Source: Reclinomonas americana ATCC 50394
Taxonomy: Eukaryota
Direction of reading: 5' to 3'
Assembly: GCA_048213135.1 (NCBI GenBank)
Contig: PS015009.1
Location: 1,178,001 to 1,242,000, forward strand
DNA: 64,000 nt
A model generated the notes under the pieces. The model made no database searches. It had not been told where the DNA came from and saw nothing but the letters and a program-made list of their open reading frames with translations. Shown here piece by piece: positions 36,577 through 46,717 of this stretch. Position 1 is the first letter of the stretch, and each line of letters opens with the position of its first letter. The position numbers and the translations under genes are program-made.

Positions 36577-37725
36577 ATGAAATATTTTCTACCCCTGGCC
36601 CTGTTTGTTTTTTCATTAGCCTCCTGTAAAACAAGCAAGAATTACCTGACCAGGCTCGATGACGACAAATCCATTTTCGATGCCGTAAAAGCCCTCGAAA
36701 AAAACGCCGGCGACACCAATGCCCTCAACGTGCTTCCACTGATCTACAAAAATGCGGAAACACGTCACCTGCAAAAGATCAGCAGTTATGGCGGATCGCC
36801 TGACATCAGCCGCTGGGATAAGATCCTGTCGGAATATAATATCCTGCAGGATATGTATATGGCCATCAGCAGCAACAGCACGGCGAACAACATTGTAAAA
36901 GCAAAAAACTACCAGCCCATTATATACGAACTGCAGCAACAGGCGGCGGAAGATTATTACGCGGAAGCCACTTTCCGTTTTGGTAAAGCGGGACGCGACA
37001 ATGTTAAACAGGCGTATGCTTACTTTAAGAAAGCTGATAAACTGTCGCCCGGTTTTAAAGATGCACAGGCCCGCATGGAAGAAGCTTACCAGGCCTCTAT
37101 CGTTAATGTGGTGATCAACCCCGTAGCCGATAACTCCTTTTTCTTCAACACCGGCGGCTGGGGCAACTATGGATATAATTACAGCAACGAATATTTTCAG
37201 CAAACCCTGGTGAGGGAACTGGGCGGGGAGAACAGCACCCGCTACCCTGCCCGCTTCTATACCGACTGGCAGGCACGCCGCGATAATGTGCAGCCCGACT
37301 GGGTGGTGGACCTTACCCTTCGCAATATGGATATTCCGCAACCCTCCATTTACAATTACAGGAGGAATGCCAGCAAAAGGATCGAGACCGGCCGCGATAC
37401 AGGGAACAAACCCATTTACCAGACGGTATACGCCACCATAAATATATCCCGCCACTCTTTCAATGCCCGGGCAGATATGGAAGTAAGGATAACGGAACTC
37501 ATTACCCGGAAAAACATCAGCAACAACAACTACAGTGAATACTACAACTGGCAGGAAGAAACCGCCACTTATTCCGGCGACAGCCGTGCGCTGAGCAGCA
37601 GCGACTGGGACATGATCAACAACAACCGTTTTTATGAACCCCGCCGCGAAGACATACTGAATGAGCTGTACCGTAAATTGTATACACAGGTAAGGAGCAG
37701 GATTGTGTATGCAGTAGATTGGTAA
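36577..37725 (+). CDS. Hypothetical lipoprotein with TPR-like helices
   Basis: Lipobox LASC; 382-aa ORF. Confidence 0.8.
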   Translation: MKYFLPLALFVFSLASCKTSKNYLTRLDDDKSIFDAVKALEKNAGDTNALNVLPLIYKNAETRHLQKISSYGGSPDISRWDKILSEYNILQDMYMAISSNSTANNIVKAKNYQPIIYELQQQAAEDYYAEATFRFGKAGRDNVKQAYAYFKKADKLSPGFKDAQARMEEAYQASIVNVVINPVADNSFFFNTGGWGNYGYNYSNEYFQQTLVRELGGENSTRYPARFYTDWQARRDNVQPDWVVDLTLRNMDIPQPSIYNYRRNASKRIETGRDTGNKPIYQTVYATINISRHSFNARADMEVRITELITRKNISNNNYSEYYNWQEETATYSGDSRALSSSDWDMINNNRFYEPRREDILNELYRKLYTQVRSRIVYAVDW

Positions 37726-37928
37726 AATACCAATGTGAAAATGTGCCGGTAGCTCAATTTGAAAATGAATGAGCAGTTAATTCAATCATCCGGTCTTCGT
37801 GGTTTTGCGGGAAAAAATTATCCGTGAGAATTGTCGTCGTCAAAAACCAGTACTCATTTTTTCTCCGTAAATGCATTGGTTGTCGAACAAAGAGAGATAT
37901 CCAGGCAACCACAGCCAGATAATTGTTT

Positions 37929-38471
37929 ATGGAAAGAAAAATATATAACCCTATTCAAAAAGACCAGGTCGTTTTTTTGAAGACGCATGCCGATACCCAT
38001 GGCGAATACACCCTTGTTGAAGTAGAGCTGGCCGATGGCGGAGGAGTAGGCTGGCATTACCACAAAACCTATCTCGAAAAATTCGATTGCCTGGAAGGTG
38101 AAGTACAAATCGGGCTTGATAAAAAGATACTGTCATTACAACCCGGGCAGTCGGCAACAGCGCACCCTAACTCCGTTCACCTGTTCCGCAACCGAAGCGG
38201 AAAGCCCTGCAAATTCCTGGTAGAGTTGCGTCCTGCCAGCCGTGGTTTTGAACAATCCCTGCAGATTGGTTACGGCCTCGCCGGCGACGGGCTCTGCCGG
38301 CCCAACGGTTTTCCTAAAGATAAACTGGCGCTGGCCTGGTTATTCGACATCAGCGAAAGCAACCTCCCCGGCTGGATGAGCATTTTTGAATTCATCCTGC
38401 GCAGGCAGGCGAAAAAAGCAAGGGCGAAGGGGATTGATAAGAAGTTGATTGAACAGTATGTGAAGTTTTAA
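37929..38471 (+). CDS. Cupin domain protein
   Basis: HYH....E.F....G and H.F.N motifs. Confidence 0.85.
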   Translation: MERKIYNPIQKDQVVFLKTHADTHGEYTLVEVELADGGGVGWHYHKTYLEKFDCLEGEVQIGLDKKILSLQPGQSATAHPNSVHLFRNRSGKPCKFLVELRPASRGFEQSLQIGYGLAGDGLCRPNGFPKDKLALAWLFDISESNLPGWMSIFEFILRRQAKKARAKGIDKKLIEQYVKF

Positions 38472-38563
38472 TGTGCGGGCCTACGTTCCGCCGGGGTCTT
38501 CGGAACGAGACCCCGGTGAAGAATAACAGGAAAGATATCCCGATATAAAAGTAGATGTGCGGA
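38471..38563 (+). repeat. ~93-bp REP-containing element, copy A
   Basis: Near-identical to 43755-43847; palindrome at 38485-38518. Confidence 0.9.
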
Positions 38564-38625
38564 TACATAAATGTTCAGAAGAAACCTTTTGAATTTTTAA
38601 TTTTGCATTTTTACTTTTGCTCCCC

Positions 38626-39279
38626 ATGGACAAACAACACATCATCAACCAAACCATCACTTACGTACAACAAGAATTAGAAGGCGCCGAAGGCGGACAC
38701 GACTGGTTCCATATACAACGCGTATGGGTGAATGCCAAAGCCATTGCCGCCACCGAACAGGCCGATACTTTCATTGTTGAACTGGGCGCTTTACTTCACG
38801 ACATTGCCGATGCCAAATTTCATGGTGGTGATGAAGAGGTAGGCCCGAAAAAAGCAAGAGCATTCCTCCAATCCTTAAACGTTTCTGAAGATGTGGTGCA
38901 GCATGTGGAACAGATCATCCGCAACATCTCTTTTAAAGGCGGCAATTTTGAAGCATCTTTCAGTTCCCCGGAGTTAAGTATTGTACAGGATGCCGACAGG
39001 CTCGACGCGTTGGGTGCCATTGGCATTGCCAGGGCTTTCCATTATGGCGGGTTTAAGAACAGGGAAATTTACAACCCCGCCATTGTACCCAATCTCAGCA
39101 TGACTAAGGATGAGTATAAAAAAAGTGCGGCGCCCACCATCAATCATTTTTACGAAAAACTATTGCTGCTGAAAGAAAGAATGAATACGGTTTCAGGAAA
39201 AAGGATCGCGGAAGAAAGAGACGCTTTTATGCGTCAATACCTGGAGCAGTTCTATGGTGAATGGGAAGGAGCCCGTTAG
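38626..39279 (+). CDS. HD-domain phosphohydrolase
   Basis: GHDWFHI.RV, LLHD, VQDADRLDALGAIG, HFYEKLL. Confidence 0.93.
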   Translation: MDKQHIINQTITYVQQELEGAEGGHDWFHIQRVWVNAKAIAATEQADTFIVELGALLHDIADAKFHGGDEEVGPKKARAFLQSLNVSEDVVQHVEQIIRNISFKGGNFEASFSSPELSIVQDADRLDALGAIGIARAFHYGGFKNREIYNPAIVPNLSMTKDEYKKSAAPTINHFYEKLLLLKERMNTVSGKRIAEERDAFMRQYLEQFYGEWEGAR

Positions 39280-41396
39280 CTGAGCAGGGTGTAGGCAATC
39301 CAGCTCATGATGTAGGCGAGACCGGTCATATACAGTAATTGTACCAGCGGCCATTTCCAGCTTTTCGTTTCTCTTTTTACAATAGCGATGGTACTCATGC
39401 ACTGCATGGCCAGCGCATAAAAAATAAGCAGCGATACCCCGGTAGGCAGATCGTATACCGGTTTGCCGTTCTCTCTTACCGCCGCGTGCATCTTTTCTTT
39501 TAAAGTACTGCTGTTCTCATCCTGGTCGGCACCCACGCTGTACAGTGTGGCCATGGTGCCTACAAACACTTCCCTTGCGGCAAAAGAAGTGACCAGCGCT
39601 ATGCCTATCTTCCAATCGTAGCCCAGCGGTTTGATCGCCGGTTCAATGGACTTGCCCAGTATGCCGGCAAAGGAGTTTTCGAGCAGGGCGGTATTGCGCT
39701 GGTTGTTGATGTTATCCGCGTTGGCGCTGTCTTTCACCAGCATCTCATCATATTTCGCTGTAACGGCAGCCATCCTTTGTTTGGGCCCATATGTACTGAG
39801 TACCCAAAGCAGCAGGCTGATAACCATGATCACTTTACCGGCATCAAACACAAATATTTTCGCCTTTTCTATCATGGTGCTGAGGGCGTTCTTCCAGCGG
39901 GGGCCTCGGTACATCGGTAATTCCAGAATGAAGAAACTGCGTTCTTTACTTTTAATGAACCATTTCATTACCCAGGCCATGATCAGCGCTATTACGGTTC
40001 CGAAAAGGTACAATCCCATCATTACCAGTCCCTGTAAGCTCAGGAAGCCCAAATACAGTTTGGATGGGATAACCAGTGCGATAAGAATGGTATACACCGG
40101 CAGGCGGGCACTGCAGCTCATCAGTGGTGTTACCAGTATGGTGAGCAGTCTTTCTTTTTTATTCTCGATGCTGCGGGCGCTCATTACCGCAGGTACAGCA
40201 CAGGCAAAGCCACTGATCATAGGCATTACACTTTTGCCGTTGAGTCCCACTTTGCGCATGAGTTTATCGGTAAGAAAACTGATGCGGGCCATATAACCGG
40301 TGTCTTCCAGTATGGTGATGAGCCCGAAAAGGATCATGATCTGTGGTACGAAAATGAGGATACCGCCGAGACCGGCCACTATGCCGTTCACAAAAAGATC
40401 ACTGAACCAGCCCTGTGGCAATACACCATTAAGCCAGCCCGATAACCAGCTGAAACCGCTGTCGATAGCGTCCATCGGATACTGCGCAATCCAGAACACA
40501 CTCTGGAAAAGCAGGAACAGCACGGCCAGTAATATGAAATAACCAAAAACGCGGTGCAGGAGGATGTCATCCAGTTTGTCGTTAAACAGGGCCCGTTTAA
40601 GCGGGTCGCTCTCCACCACCGCCTGCTGCATGATGTGCCGGATGCGGCCATACCGTTGCAGTATTTCTTCCGCCTGTGTTTTGGTGGGATTGAATTTTGT
40701 TTCTTCTTCTACAGCCTCTATCTTTTCCTGCATGCCATCGGCCAGTACAAAATGTTCGTGATTGATAAGGTAGTGCAGCGCCATATAGCTGCTGTGACCG
40801 GGATAGTGCGCTTTTACACCTTCAACCGCCGCAGGCGCCAGGGCCGCACTGTCGATGAAGTTGCGGTGAGGCGTATACGCCATATTTTCCGCAGCCAGGT
40901 CGAGTGTCTTTTTTAATTGTTCAACCCCCTTGTTCTTCCTCGGGTTGATGGGAACGATAGGAACACCCAGCTCCCGCTCCAGCCCGGGTATATCGATCTG
41001 TGTGCCTTTATGTTTGGCCAGGTCAAGCATGGTGAGTGCCACCACTACCGGTATATCCAGGTCAATGATCTGCGAACAAAAAAGGAGATTACGTTTGAGG
41101 TTACTGGCATCGGCCACCAGCAGTACCATGTCGGGCCGCACCTGTTCGTCCTGCTGAAGAAGTACCTTATACGCTACCCATTCGTCGGCCCGCTTGGGAT
41201 AAAGACTGTAAGTGCCCGGCAGGTCAATGATGGTAGCATCGAGATTGGGACTGATATGGCATTCGCCTGTTTTTTTATCTACCGTAACCCCGGGAAAGTT
41301 GCCCACTTTCTGTTTCAGTCCCGTAAGTACATTGAACAGAGAACTCTTTCCGCTGTTGGGATTACCTACCAGTGCTATGTTGATCTTTTTGGCCAA
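39276..41396 (-). CDS. feoB: Ferrous iron transporter B (probable TTG start)
   Basis: GNPNSGKS, VGNFPGVTV, DLPG.YSL, EDTGYMAR, CSARLP, AREV. Confidence 0.96.
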   Translation of the reverse strand: MAKKINIALVGNPNSGKSSLFNVLTGLKQKVGNFPGVTVDKKTGECHISPNLDATIIDLPGTYSLYPKRADEWVAYKVLLQQDEQVRPDMVLLVADASNLKRNLLFCSQIIDLDIPVVVALTMLDLAKHKGTQIDIPGLERELGVPIVPINPRKNKGVEQLKKTLDLAAENMAYTPHRNFIDSAALAPAAVEGVKAHYPGHSSYMALHYLINHEHFVLADGMQEKIEAVEEETKFNPTKTQAEEILQRYGRIRHIMQQAVVESDPLKRALFNDKLDDILLHRVFGYFILLAVLFLLFQSVFWIAQYPMDAIDSGFSWLSGWLNGVLPQGWFSDLFVNGIVAGLGGILIFVPQIMILFGLITILEDTGYMARISFLTDKLMRKVGLNGKSVMPMISGFACAVPAVMSARSIENKKERLLTILVTPLMSCSARLPVYTILIALVIPSKLYLGFLSLQGLVMMGLYLFGTVIALIMAWVMKWFIKSKERSFFILELPMYRGPRWKNALSTMIEKAKIFVFDAGKVIMVISLLLWVLSTYGPKQRMAAVTAKYDEMLVKDSANADNINNQRNTALLENSFAGILGKSIEPAIKPLGYDWKIGIALVTSFAAREVFVGTMATLYSVGADQDENSSTLKEKMHAAVRENGKPVYDLPTGVSLLIFYALAMQCMSTIAIVKRETKSWKWPLVQLLYMTGLAYIMSWIAYTLLS

Positions 41397-41654
41397 ATGG
41401 TTGCAAAAGCGCAAAAATAGCCTTTCTCCCCCGGTTTGGGGTTACGAAAAAGGAAAAGCGGAGCGCCGTATCGGGAATAAGTAGCAGGCGGCAGGTATAA
41501 AGTACCAGGAGGGCGCTCTTGTATTTCAGCCGGTTTTATTCTGTTACCCGGTGTTTGCTACTTTATATTGTCACATTATTATTAAAGTTGCTGCAGGAAT
41601 TCGGGAAACCGAAAATGCGGGCTTACCTTTGCGCTTCTTATCAACCATCAGCAT

Positions 41655-43292
41655 ATGAAACGCATTTTCTGGGTCCTTTCCTTAGCTACCCTGTCCGCAT
41701 CCGCACAAAAATTGAAAAAAGCCGATAAAGTCATCCTGGCCGATATCAAAGCCCATGTAGGCTACCTGGCCGACGATAAACTGGAAGGCCGCAGAACAGG
41801 CAGCGCGGGAGAAAAACTGGCCTATGAATACATCAGCGAACAATTCAAAAAAAGCGGCCTGGCACCCAAAGGTGATGAGGGCACTTATATACAGACCTTT
41901 GAAGTGAATGAGGGTAAACAGGTGGGTAACAGTACCGCTTTATGGATCAATGGCAATACCCTTACTGTTGATAAGGATTTCTTCCCTTTCATTTTCAGCG
42001 CTAATGGTACGGTTACCGCTAACGCGGCCATTGCCCTCCCGGAAAGTGGAACTCCCTGGTTCTGGGACCTGAAAGAAACGCTGGAAGAAAATAAGACGAA
42101 CCCGCATTTTGATCTTACCGACGCTATTACTAAAAAAGTCGCTGCTGTTTCCGGTAAAGGGGCTTCCGCTCTTTTTATTTACAACAGCTCTTCCATAAAA
42201 GACGAACTGAAGTTTGAGCCGAAAGCAAAAACCGAAGCGGCAAAAATTCCTGTAGTATACATCAGCAAAGAAGCGAAAGATAAATTCCTGAAAGAAGAGA
42301 CGGTTACCAGCGAGATCAAACTGAAAGTAGATATTACTGAAAAGAAAAGATGGGGACATAACGTGGTAGGCTTTATCGATAATGGCGCCGCCAGCACGGT
42401 GATCATTGGCGCACACTACGATCACCTGGGTTATGGCGAAGACCACAACTCTTTATTTACCGGCGCTACGCCACAGATACACAACGGGGCCGATGACAAT
42501 GCCAGCGGTACCGCGGCCATGATCGAACTGGGCAAACTGCTGAAAAAATCAAAATTCAGCAATAACAACTATGTGTTCATTTCTTTCTCCGGGGAGGAAC
42601 TGGGATTGTTCGGAAGTAAATATTTCACCGAACATCCTTCCGTTGAACTGGGCAAAGTAAATTATATGCTGAACATGGATATGGTGGGCCGTCTTAACGA
42701 CAGCACCCGCGGACTGAGCGTTGGTGGTTATGGCACCTCTCCTGCCTGGGGACAATTGCTGTCTGAAAAACACGATTATTTCAAGATTAAATTCGACAGC
42801 AGCGGCACCGGCCCCAGCGATCATACTTCTTTTTACAGGAAAGACATCCCGGTATTGTTCTTCTTCACCGGTACACATACCGATTATCACAAACCTTCCG
42901 ACGACGCCGACAAGATCAACTACGAGGGTGAACTTCACGTGATCAAATATATCTACGGCATTGTTGACGCGGCCAACAGCAAAGGCAAACTGGCCTTTAC
43001 CAAAACGCGTGAACAGCAAATGAGCGGCAAAAGCACGTTCAAAGTATCACTCGGCATTATGCCCGATTACACCTACAGCGGCGAAGGTGTTCGCGTGGAT
43101 GGCGTAAGCGAGGGCAAAGCGGCACAGCGCATCGGCATTAAAGCCGGTGATATTGTTACCCAGCTCGGCGATCACAAATTCACCGACGTACAAAGCTATA
43201 TGCAGGCGCTCAGCAAATTCAGCAAAGGCGACAGCACCAGGGTAAAAGTTAAACGCGGCAGCGAAGAACTGATTTTTGATATCACTTTCTAA
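41655..43292 (+). CDS. M28 family peptidase with PA-like and PDZ domains
   Basis: GAHYDHLG, NGADDNASG, FSGEELGL, SDH, DYH; C-terminal LGIMPD. Confidence 0.93.
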   Translation: MKRIFWVLSLATLSASAQKLKKADKVILADIKAHVGYLADDKLEGRRTGSAGEKLAYEYISEQFKKSGLAPKGDEGTYIQTFEVNEGKQVGNSTALWINGNTLTVDKDFFPFIFSANGTVTANAAIALPESGTPWFWDLKETLEENKTNPHFDLTDAITKKVAAVSGKGASALFIYNSSSIKDELKFEPKAKTEAAKIPVVYISKEAKDKFLKEETVTSEIKLKVDITEKKRWGHNVVGFIDNGAASTVIIGAHYDHLGYGEDHNSLFTGATPQIHNGADDNASGTAAMIELGKLLKKSKFSNNNYVFISFSGEELGLFGSKYFTEHPSVELGKVNYMLNMDMVGRLNDSTRGLSVGGYGTSPAWGQLLSEKHDYFKIKFDSSGTGPSDHTSFYRKDIPVLFFFTGTHTDYHKPSDDADKINYEGELHVIKYIYGIVDAANSKGKLAFTKTREQQMSGKSTFKVSLGIMPDYTYSGEGVRVDGVSEGKAAQRIGIKAGDIVTQLGDHKFTDVQSYMQALSKFSKGDSTRVKVKRGSEELIFDITF

Positions 43293-43320
43293 AAGGAATC
43301 TCTAATTTTGGGTCGTTGCA

Positions 43321-43755
43321 ATGAAACTCAAGATCGACAACGAAGCCCTGGCGGAAGAGTTTTTTGAGGACGCCGCCCTGCTGGGCATTGTTGCGCCCGT
43401 TAAAGACTACCAGTTCAGCTGGCACCTGAACCAGGTACTGGGTTTCGATTTCAGGGTGAACAACGACATAGAGATTCAGCTCACTAAAAAACAACGCCGG
43501 TATTTTTTTTCCATCTACGAATACCAGGTACCCACAGTCTCTCTTTTTCATTACCTGTACAATAACCAGTTTGACGGTGAATACCTTTTACCCGAATTCA
43601 AGCACCTGGATTTCCTGTGGCTGGTAAAAGGCGACATTCTTAACCCCGATGAACTGAAAGCCCTCATGCAATCGATCCGTTCCTTACCTAATGTGCAACT
43701 GGTTACGGAGATGACGAATGAGAAGATAAAGAACAAACAGCATTTGATTTTTTGA
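43321..43755 (+). CDS. IPExxxVDY family protein
   Basis: LLPEFKHLDF variant motif, LLGI....DY.F.W.LN. Confidence 0.8.
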   Translation: MKLKIDNEALAEEFFEDAALLGIVAPVKDYQFSWHLNQVLGFDFRVNNDIEIQLTKKQRRYFFSIYEYQVPTVSLFHYLYNNQFDGEYLLPEFKHLDFLWLVKGDILNPDELKALMQSIRSLPNVQLVTEMTNEKIKNKQHLIF

Positions 43756-43930
43756 TGTGCGGATGTATGTTCCGCCGGGGTCTTCGGAACGAGACCCCGG
43801 TGAAGAATAACAGGAAAGATATCCCGATATAAAACTGGATGTGCGGACGAGAGAATAAGTGAATGATAAACCTGAACTTAAAGAACCTCTCTTTTTCACC
43901 GGGATCCTCTGCGAGAGACCCCGGCGGAAC
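43755..43930. repeat. REP-containing element copy B (43755-43847) and an inverted variant palindrome (43897-43930)
   Basis: GTTCCGCCGGGGTCTTCGGAACGAGACCCCGGTG at 43769; reverse-strand variant GTTCCGCCGGGGTCTCTCGCAGAGGATCCCGGTG. Confidence 0.9.
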
Positions 43931-44049
43931 AAAGGATGCGGGAGACCCGGACGAAACAAAGAAAGTATACCGTTTGCGCCACTGCTCCTTTGCGACCCTT
44001 GCGTGCAACTGCTTTTTAATTTTTACTTTTGACTTTTAAATTTATCCCC

Positions 44050-44280
44050 GTGTGGAAAGAAGAAAACAACAGCCTGTACCGGAAGTTTGAATTCGGTAAC
44101 TTCAGCGAAGCCTTCGCGTTCATGACACGTGTGGCCATAGAAGCGGAAAAGATGAACCATCATCCCTTATGGACCAATGTGTACAACAAAGTGGAAATAT
44201 GGCTGAGCACGCATGATGCCGGAGATATCGTTACAGATAAGGACAGGAAACTGTCTGCCCGTATTGATGCCCTGCTTTAG
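44050..44280 (+). CDS. Pterin-4-alpha-carbinolamine dehydratase (GTG start)
   Basis: F.NF.EAF.FM..VA..AE..NHHP.W.N.YN.V.I.L.THD. Confidence 0.92.
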   Translation: MWKEENNSLYRKFEFGNFSEAFAFMTRVAIEAEKMNHHPLWTNVYNKVEIWLSTHDAGDIVTDKDRKLSARIDALL

Positions 44281-44603
44281 TGGGAGACCACTTTCAGCCC
44301 GATGATGGAACCGATGAGTGTGCTGATGAAGAAGATGCGCCAGAAATCCGCCGGTTCCCGGAAAACGAATATGCCCACCAGTACCGTACCTACAGCACCA
44401 ATGCCCGTCCATACCGCATAAGCCGTGCCTATCGGCAGTGTTTGTGTAGCCTTATATAATAGAAACATACTTACGGCAAGAGATACAAAAAAACCCACCA
44501 TCCATAATGTAGCGGTGGTGCCGCTGGTTTCTTTGGCCTTGCCCAGGCAGGCAGCGAATGCCACTTCAAATAACCCGGCTATGATGAGTATGATCCAGTT
44601 CAT
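44277..44603 (-). CDS. Small multidrug resistance (SMR, SugE-like) transporter
   Basis: W..L..AG..E13, [14 protein letters not shown], four TMs. Confidence 0.9.
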   Translation of the reverse strand: MNWIILIIAGLFEVAFAACLGKAKETSGTTATLWMVGFFVSLAVSMFLLYKATQTLPIGTAYAVWTGIGAVGTVLVGIFVFREPADFWRIFFISTLIGSIIGLKVVSH

Positions 44604-44630
44604 ACCACAAAGGTACCTTATTGTTACGGG

Positions 44631-45683
44631 TTAGATTTTTACCCGTACTGTTTTTTCTTCTTGAGGTATCATCCTGCCAACAGGTTCCAGATGATCTGAA
44701 AGCCCGTAATCAGTAAATACTTTTTTAACGGCATCAATACTGTCTTCTTTTACTGCCACCAGTAAGCCGCCATTCGTTTGAGGGTCGGGCAGCAGGTTGA
44801 AGGCTTCCATTACGTTCACGCCTTTTTCAAAAGATGTGCGGGCGCTGTAACTGTTCCAGTTGCGGTAAGTGGCATCGGGGATGATGCGCTGCGCCAGGTA
44901 TTCTCTTACTCCCACGGCAACAGGCAGGCGGCTGTATTGAATTTCAGCGGAGAGCCCGCTTCCCTCGGCCATTTCTATTACATGTCCCAGCAGTCCAAAA
45001 CCGGTGATATCGGTCATTGCGGTAACACCTGCTATTTTACCCAGCGCTTCTCCGGCTTTGTTCAGTTCCGTCATCTGGCCGATCATTACAGGTATATGTT
45101 CCGCTTTGATCACATCCCTTTTTTGTGCCGTAGACAGAATGCCCACACCCAGGGGTTTGGTAAGGAAAAGGAGATCTCCTGCCTGCGCTCCATTGTTCTT
45201 TTTGAGGTTGACGATATCTACAAGGCCATTCACTGCCAGCCCGAATATGGGTTCGGCGGAGTCAATGCTGTGCCCGCCCGCCAGTGGTATACCCGCTTCG
45301 GCACAAATGCGCCTGCTGCCCTCCAGCACTTTTTGCGCCAGTTCCGCAGGCAGTTTTTCCACGGGCCAGCCCAGTATAGCAATCGCTAATACAGGTTTTC
45401 CTCCCATGGCGTATACATCACTGATGGCATTAGCACTGGCGATGCGGCCAAAGTCGTACGCGTCGTCAACAATCGGCATAAAAAAATCGGTGGTGCTGAT
45501 GAGGGCGGTACCATTTTCAAGATCGTACACCGCAGCATCGTCTTTGGAGGCATTGCCTACCAGCAATTTTTTATCCGGCACTGTGGTACTCCCCGAAAGA
45601 ATGGATTCGAGTACGGAAGGTGCAATCTTGCAACCGCAACCGGCACCTTTGGAATATTGCGTGAGTTTGATATCGTTGTTCAT
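44631..45683 (-). CDS. selD: Selenide, water dikinase (Cys form)
   Basis: GAGCGCK, DDAAV, TTDFF.P, NAISDVYAMGG, GGHS, TDITGFGL, DPQT.GGLL. Confidence 0.96.
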   Translation of the reverse strand: MNNDIKLTQYSKGAGCGCKIAPSVLESILSGSTTVPDKKLLVGNASKDDAAVYDLENGTALISTTDFFMPIVDDAYDFGRIASANAISDVYAMGGKPVLAIAILGWPVEKLPAELAQKVLEGSRRICAEAGIPLAGGHSIDSAEPIFGLAVNGLVDIVNLKKNNGAQAGDLLFLTKPLGVGILSTAQKRDVIKAEHIPVMIGQMTELNKAGEALGKIAGVTAMTDITGFGLLGHVIEMAEGSGLSAEIQYSRLPVAVGVREYLAQRIIPDATYRNWNSYSARTSFEKGVNVMEAFNLLPDPQTNGGLLVAVKEDSIDAVKKVFTDYGLSDHLEPVGRMIPQEEKTVRVKI

Positions 45684-45685
45684 AA

Positions 45686-46717
45686 TCAGTTCTTCTTTCT
45701 CCGGAATACGATTGCCGCGTTTTTCTGGTAATCACCGCTGAAGCGGATCTCATAAATATCTTCCCCGTCATGCACCACCAGCAAACCGGTATTGGGCGGT
45801 ATGCTGCCCAGTGTTTCGGCGTACATCACCAGTTGTATGCTGTCGGGCGAATCTTTGGTATAGATGGTCTTGCGGTAGGCTTTGGTGCTGAGCCCCTGTT
45901 TGGGTATGATCACATTGCCATTCATGAGCACACTCACTGTATCGCCGTCCACTTCACCATTATCGTACAAGGTAAGTACAAGACTGTCGGATTTATAGTA
46001 AACCGATTGTATCGTCTCAATTTTACGTTTGGCCACATCGGCTGCAGGTGCAGAAGGTGTTACCGGCACCTGGGCAACAGGTTCTTTTTTCACTTCCTTA
46101 ACCGGCTCTTTTTTTACCTCCTTCACCGTTTCCCTTTTTTCAGGTTTGGGTATTTCCGCTTTCACTACTACAGCCGGCTCTTCTTTTACCTCTACAAAAG
46201 AAAGGTCTTTAGACAGGCCGAGTTCTTCCAGGTGCGGTACCAGCGCCGACTGCCGGTAATCGTTCTTCCGCTGTACTTTTATGCTTCCTGTCAGCGGGCG
46301 GTACTCTTTGGTGCTGTTGGTGCTGAAGGGCCCGCTCAGTACCATGATGCTGTCGTGTATATCCAGGGTGAGCACATCCAGCTGGCGTACGCCTTTGGCC
46401 GGGGCAACAGGGTAGTTGTTGGCAATGAGTTCAGATGACTCTACGATCACTTTGCCATCCTGCCGCCTGATCTTTACTTTTTTTACGCCGTAATACTCTT
46501 TGTCATTATCAATAAAGAAAGTGTGGGTATAGCCATATAATTTGCCTTTGCGTTCGCTGATGGCGATCTCGTAACGGAGGGTAAGTTTGGTGGTATCGTT
46601 ATACAAAGACCCCTTCCACAATCCGGTAATATCGTTTTGATCCGGGGAGGGCTGTGCCAGCGCCGCAAGGGGGAAAAGCAGCAGCGATAAAAATTTTAAG
46701 CATTTTGTGTAGTGCAT
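45686..46717 (-). CDS. Hypothetical exported two-domain protein between mnmH and selD
   Basis: Signal peptide, K/E/P/V-rich linker, C-terminal LYDNGEVDGD and GSIPPNT motifs. Confidence 0.8.
   Translation of the reverse strand: MHYTKCLKFLSLLLFPLAALAQPSPDQNDITGLWKGSLYNDTTKLTLRYEIAISERKGKLYGYTHTFFIDNDKEYYGVKKVKIRRQDGKVIVESSELIANNYPVAPAKGVRQLDVLTLDIHDSIMVLSGPFSTNSTKEYRPLTGSIKVQRKNDYRQSALVPHLEELGLSKDLSFVEVKEEPAVVVKAEIPKPEKRETVKEVKKEPVKEVKKEPVAQVPVTPSAPAADVAKRKIETIQSVYYKSDSLVLTLYDNGEVDGDTVSVLMNGNVIIPKQGLSTKAYRKTIYTKDSPDSIQLVMYAETLGSIPPNTGLLVVHDGEDIYEIRFSGDYQKNAAIVFRRKKN

Noticed and set aside
44631-45683. Selenocysteine recoding in selD
   Set aside because: The active site is encoded as Cys and there is no in-frame TGA.
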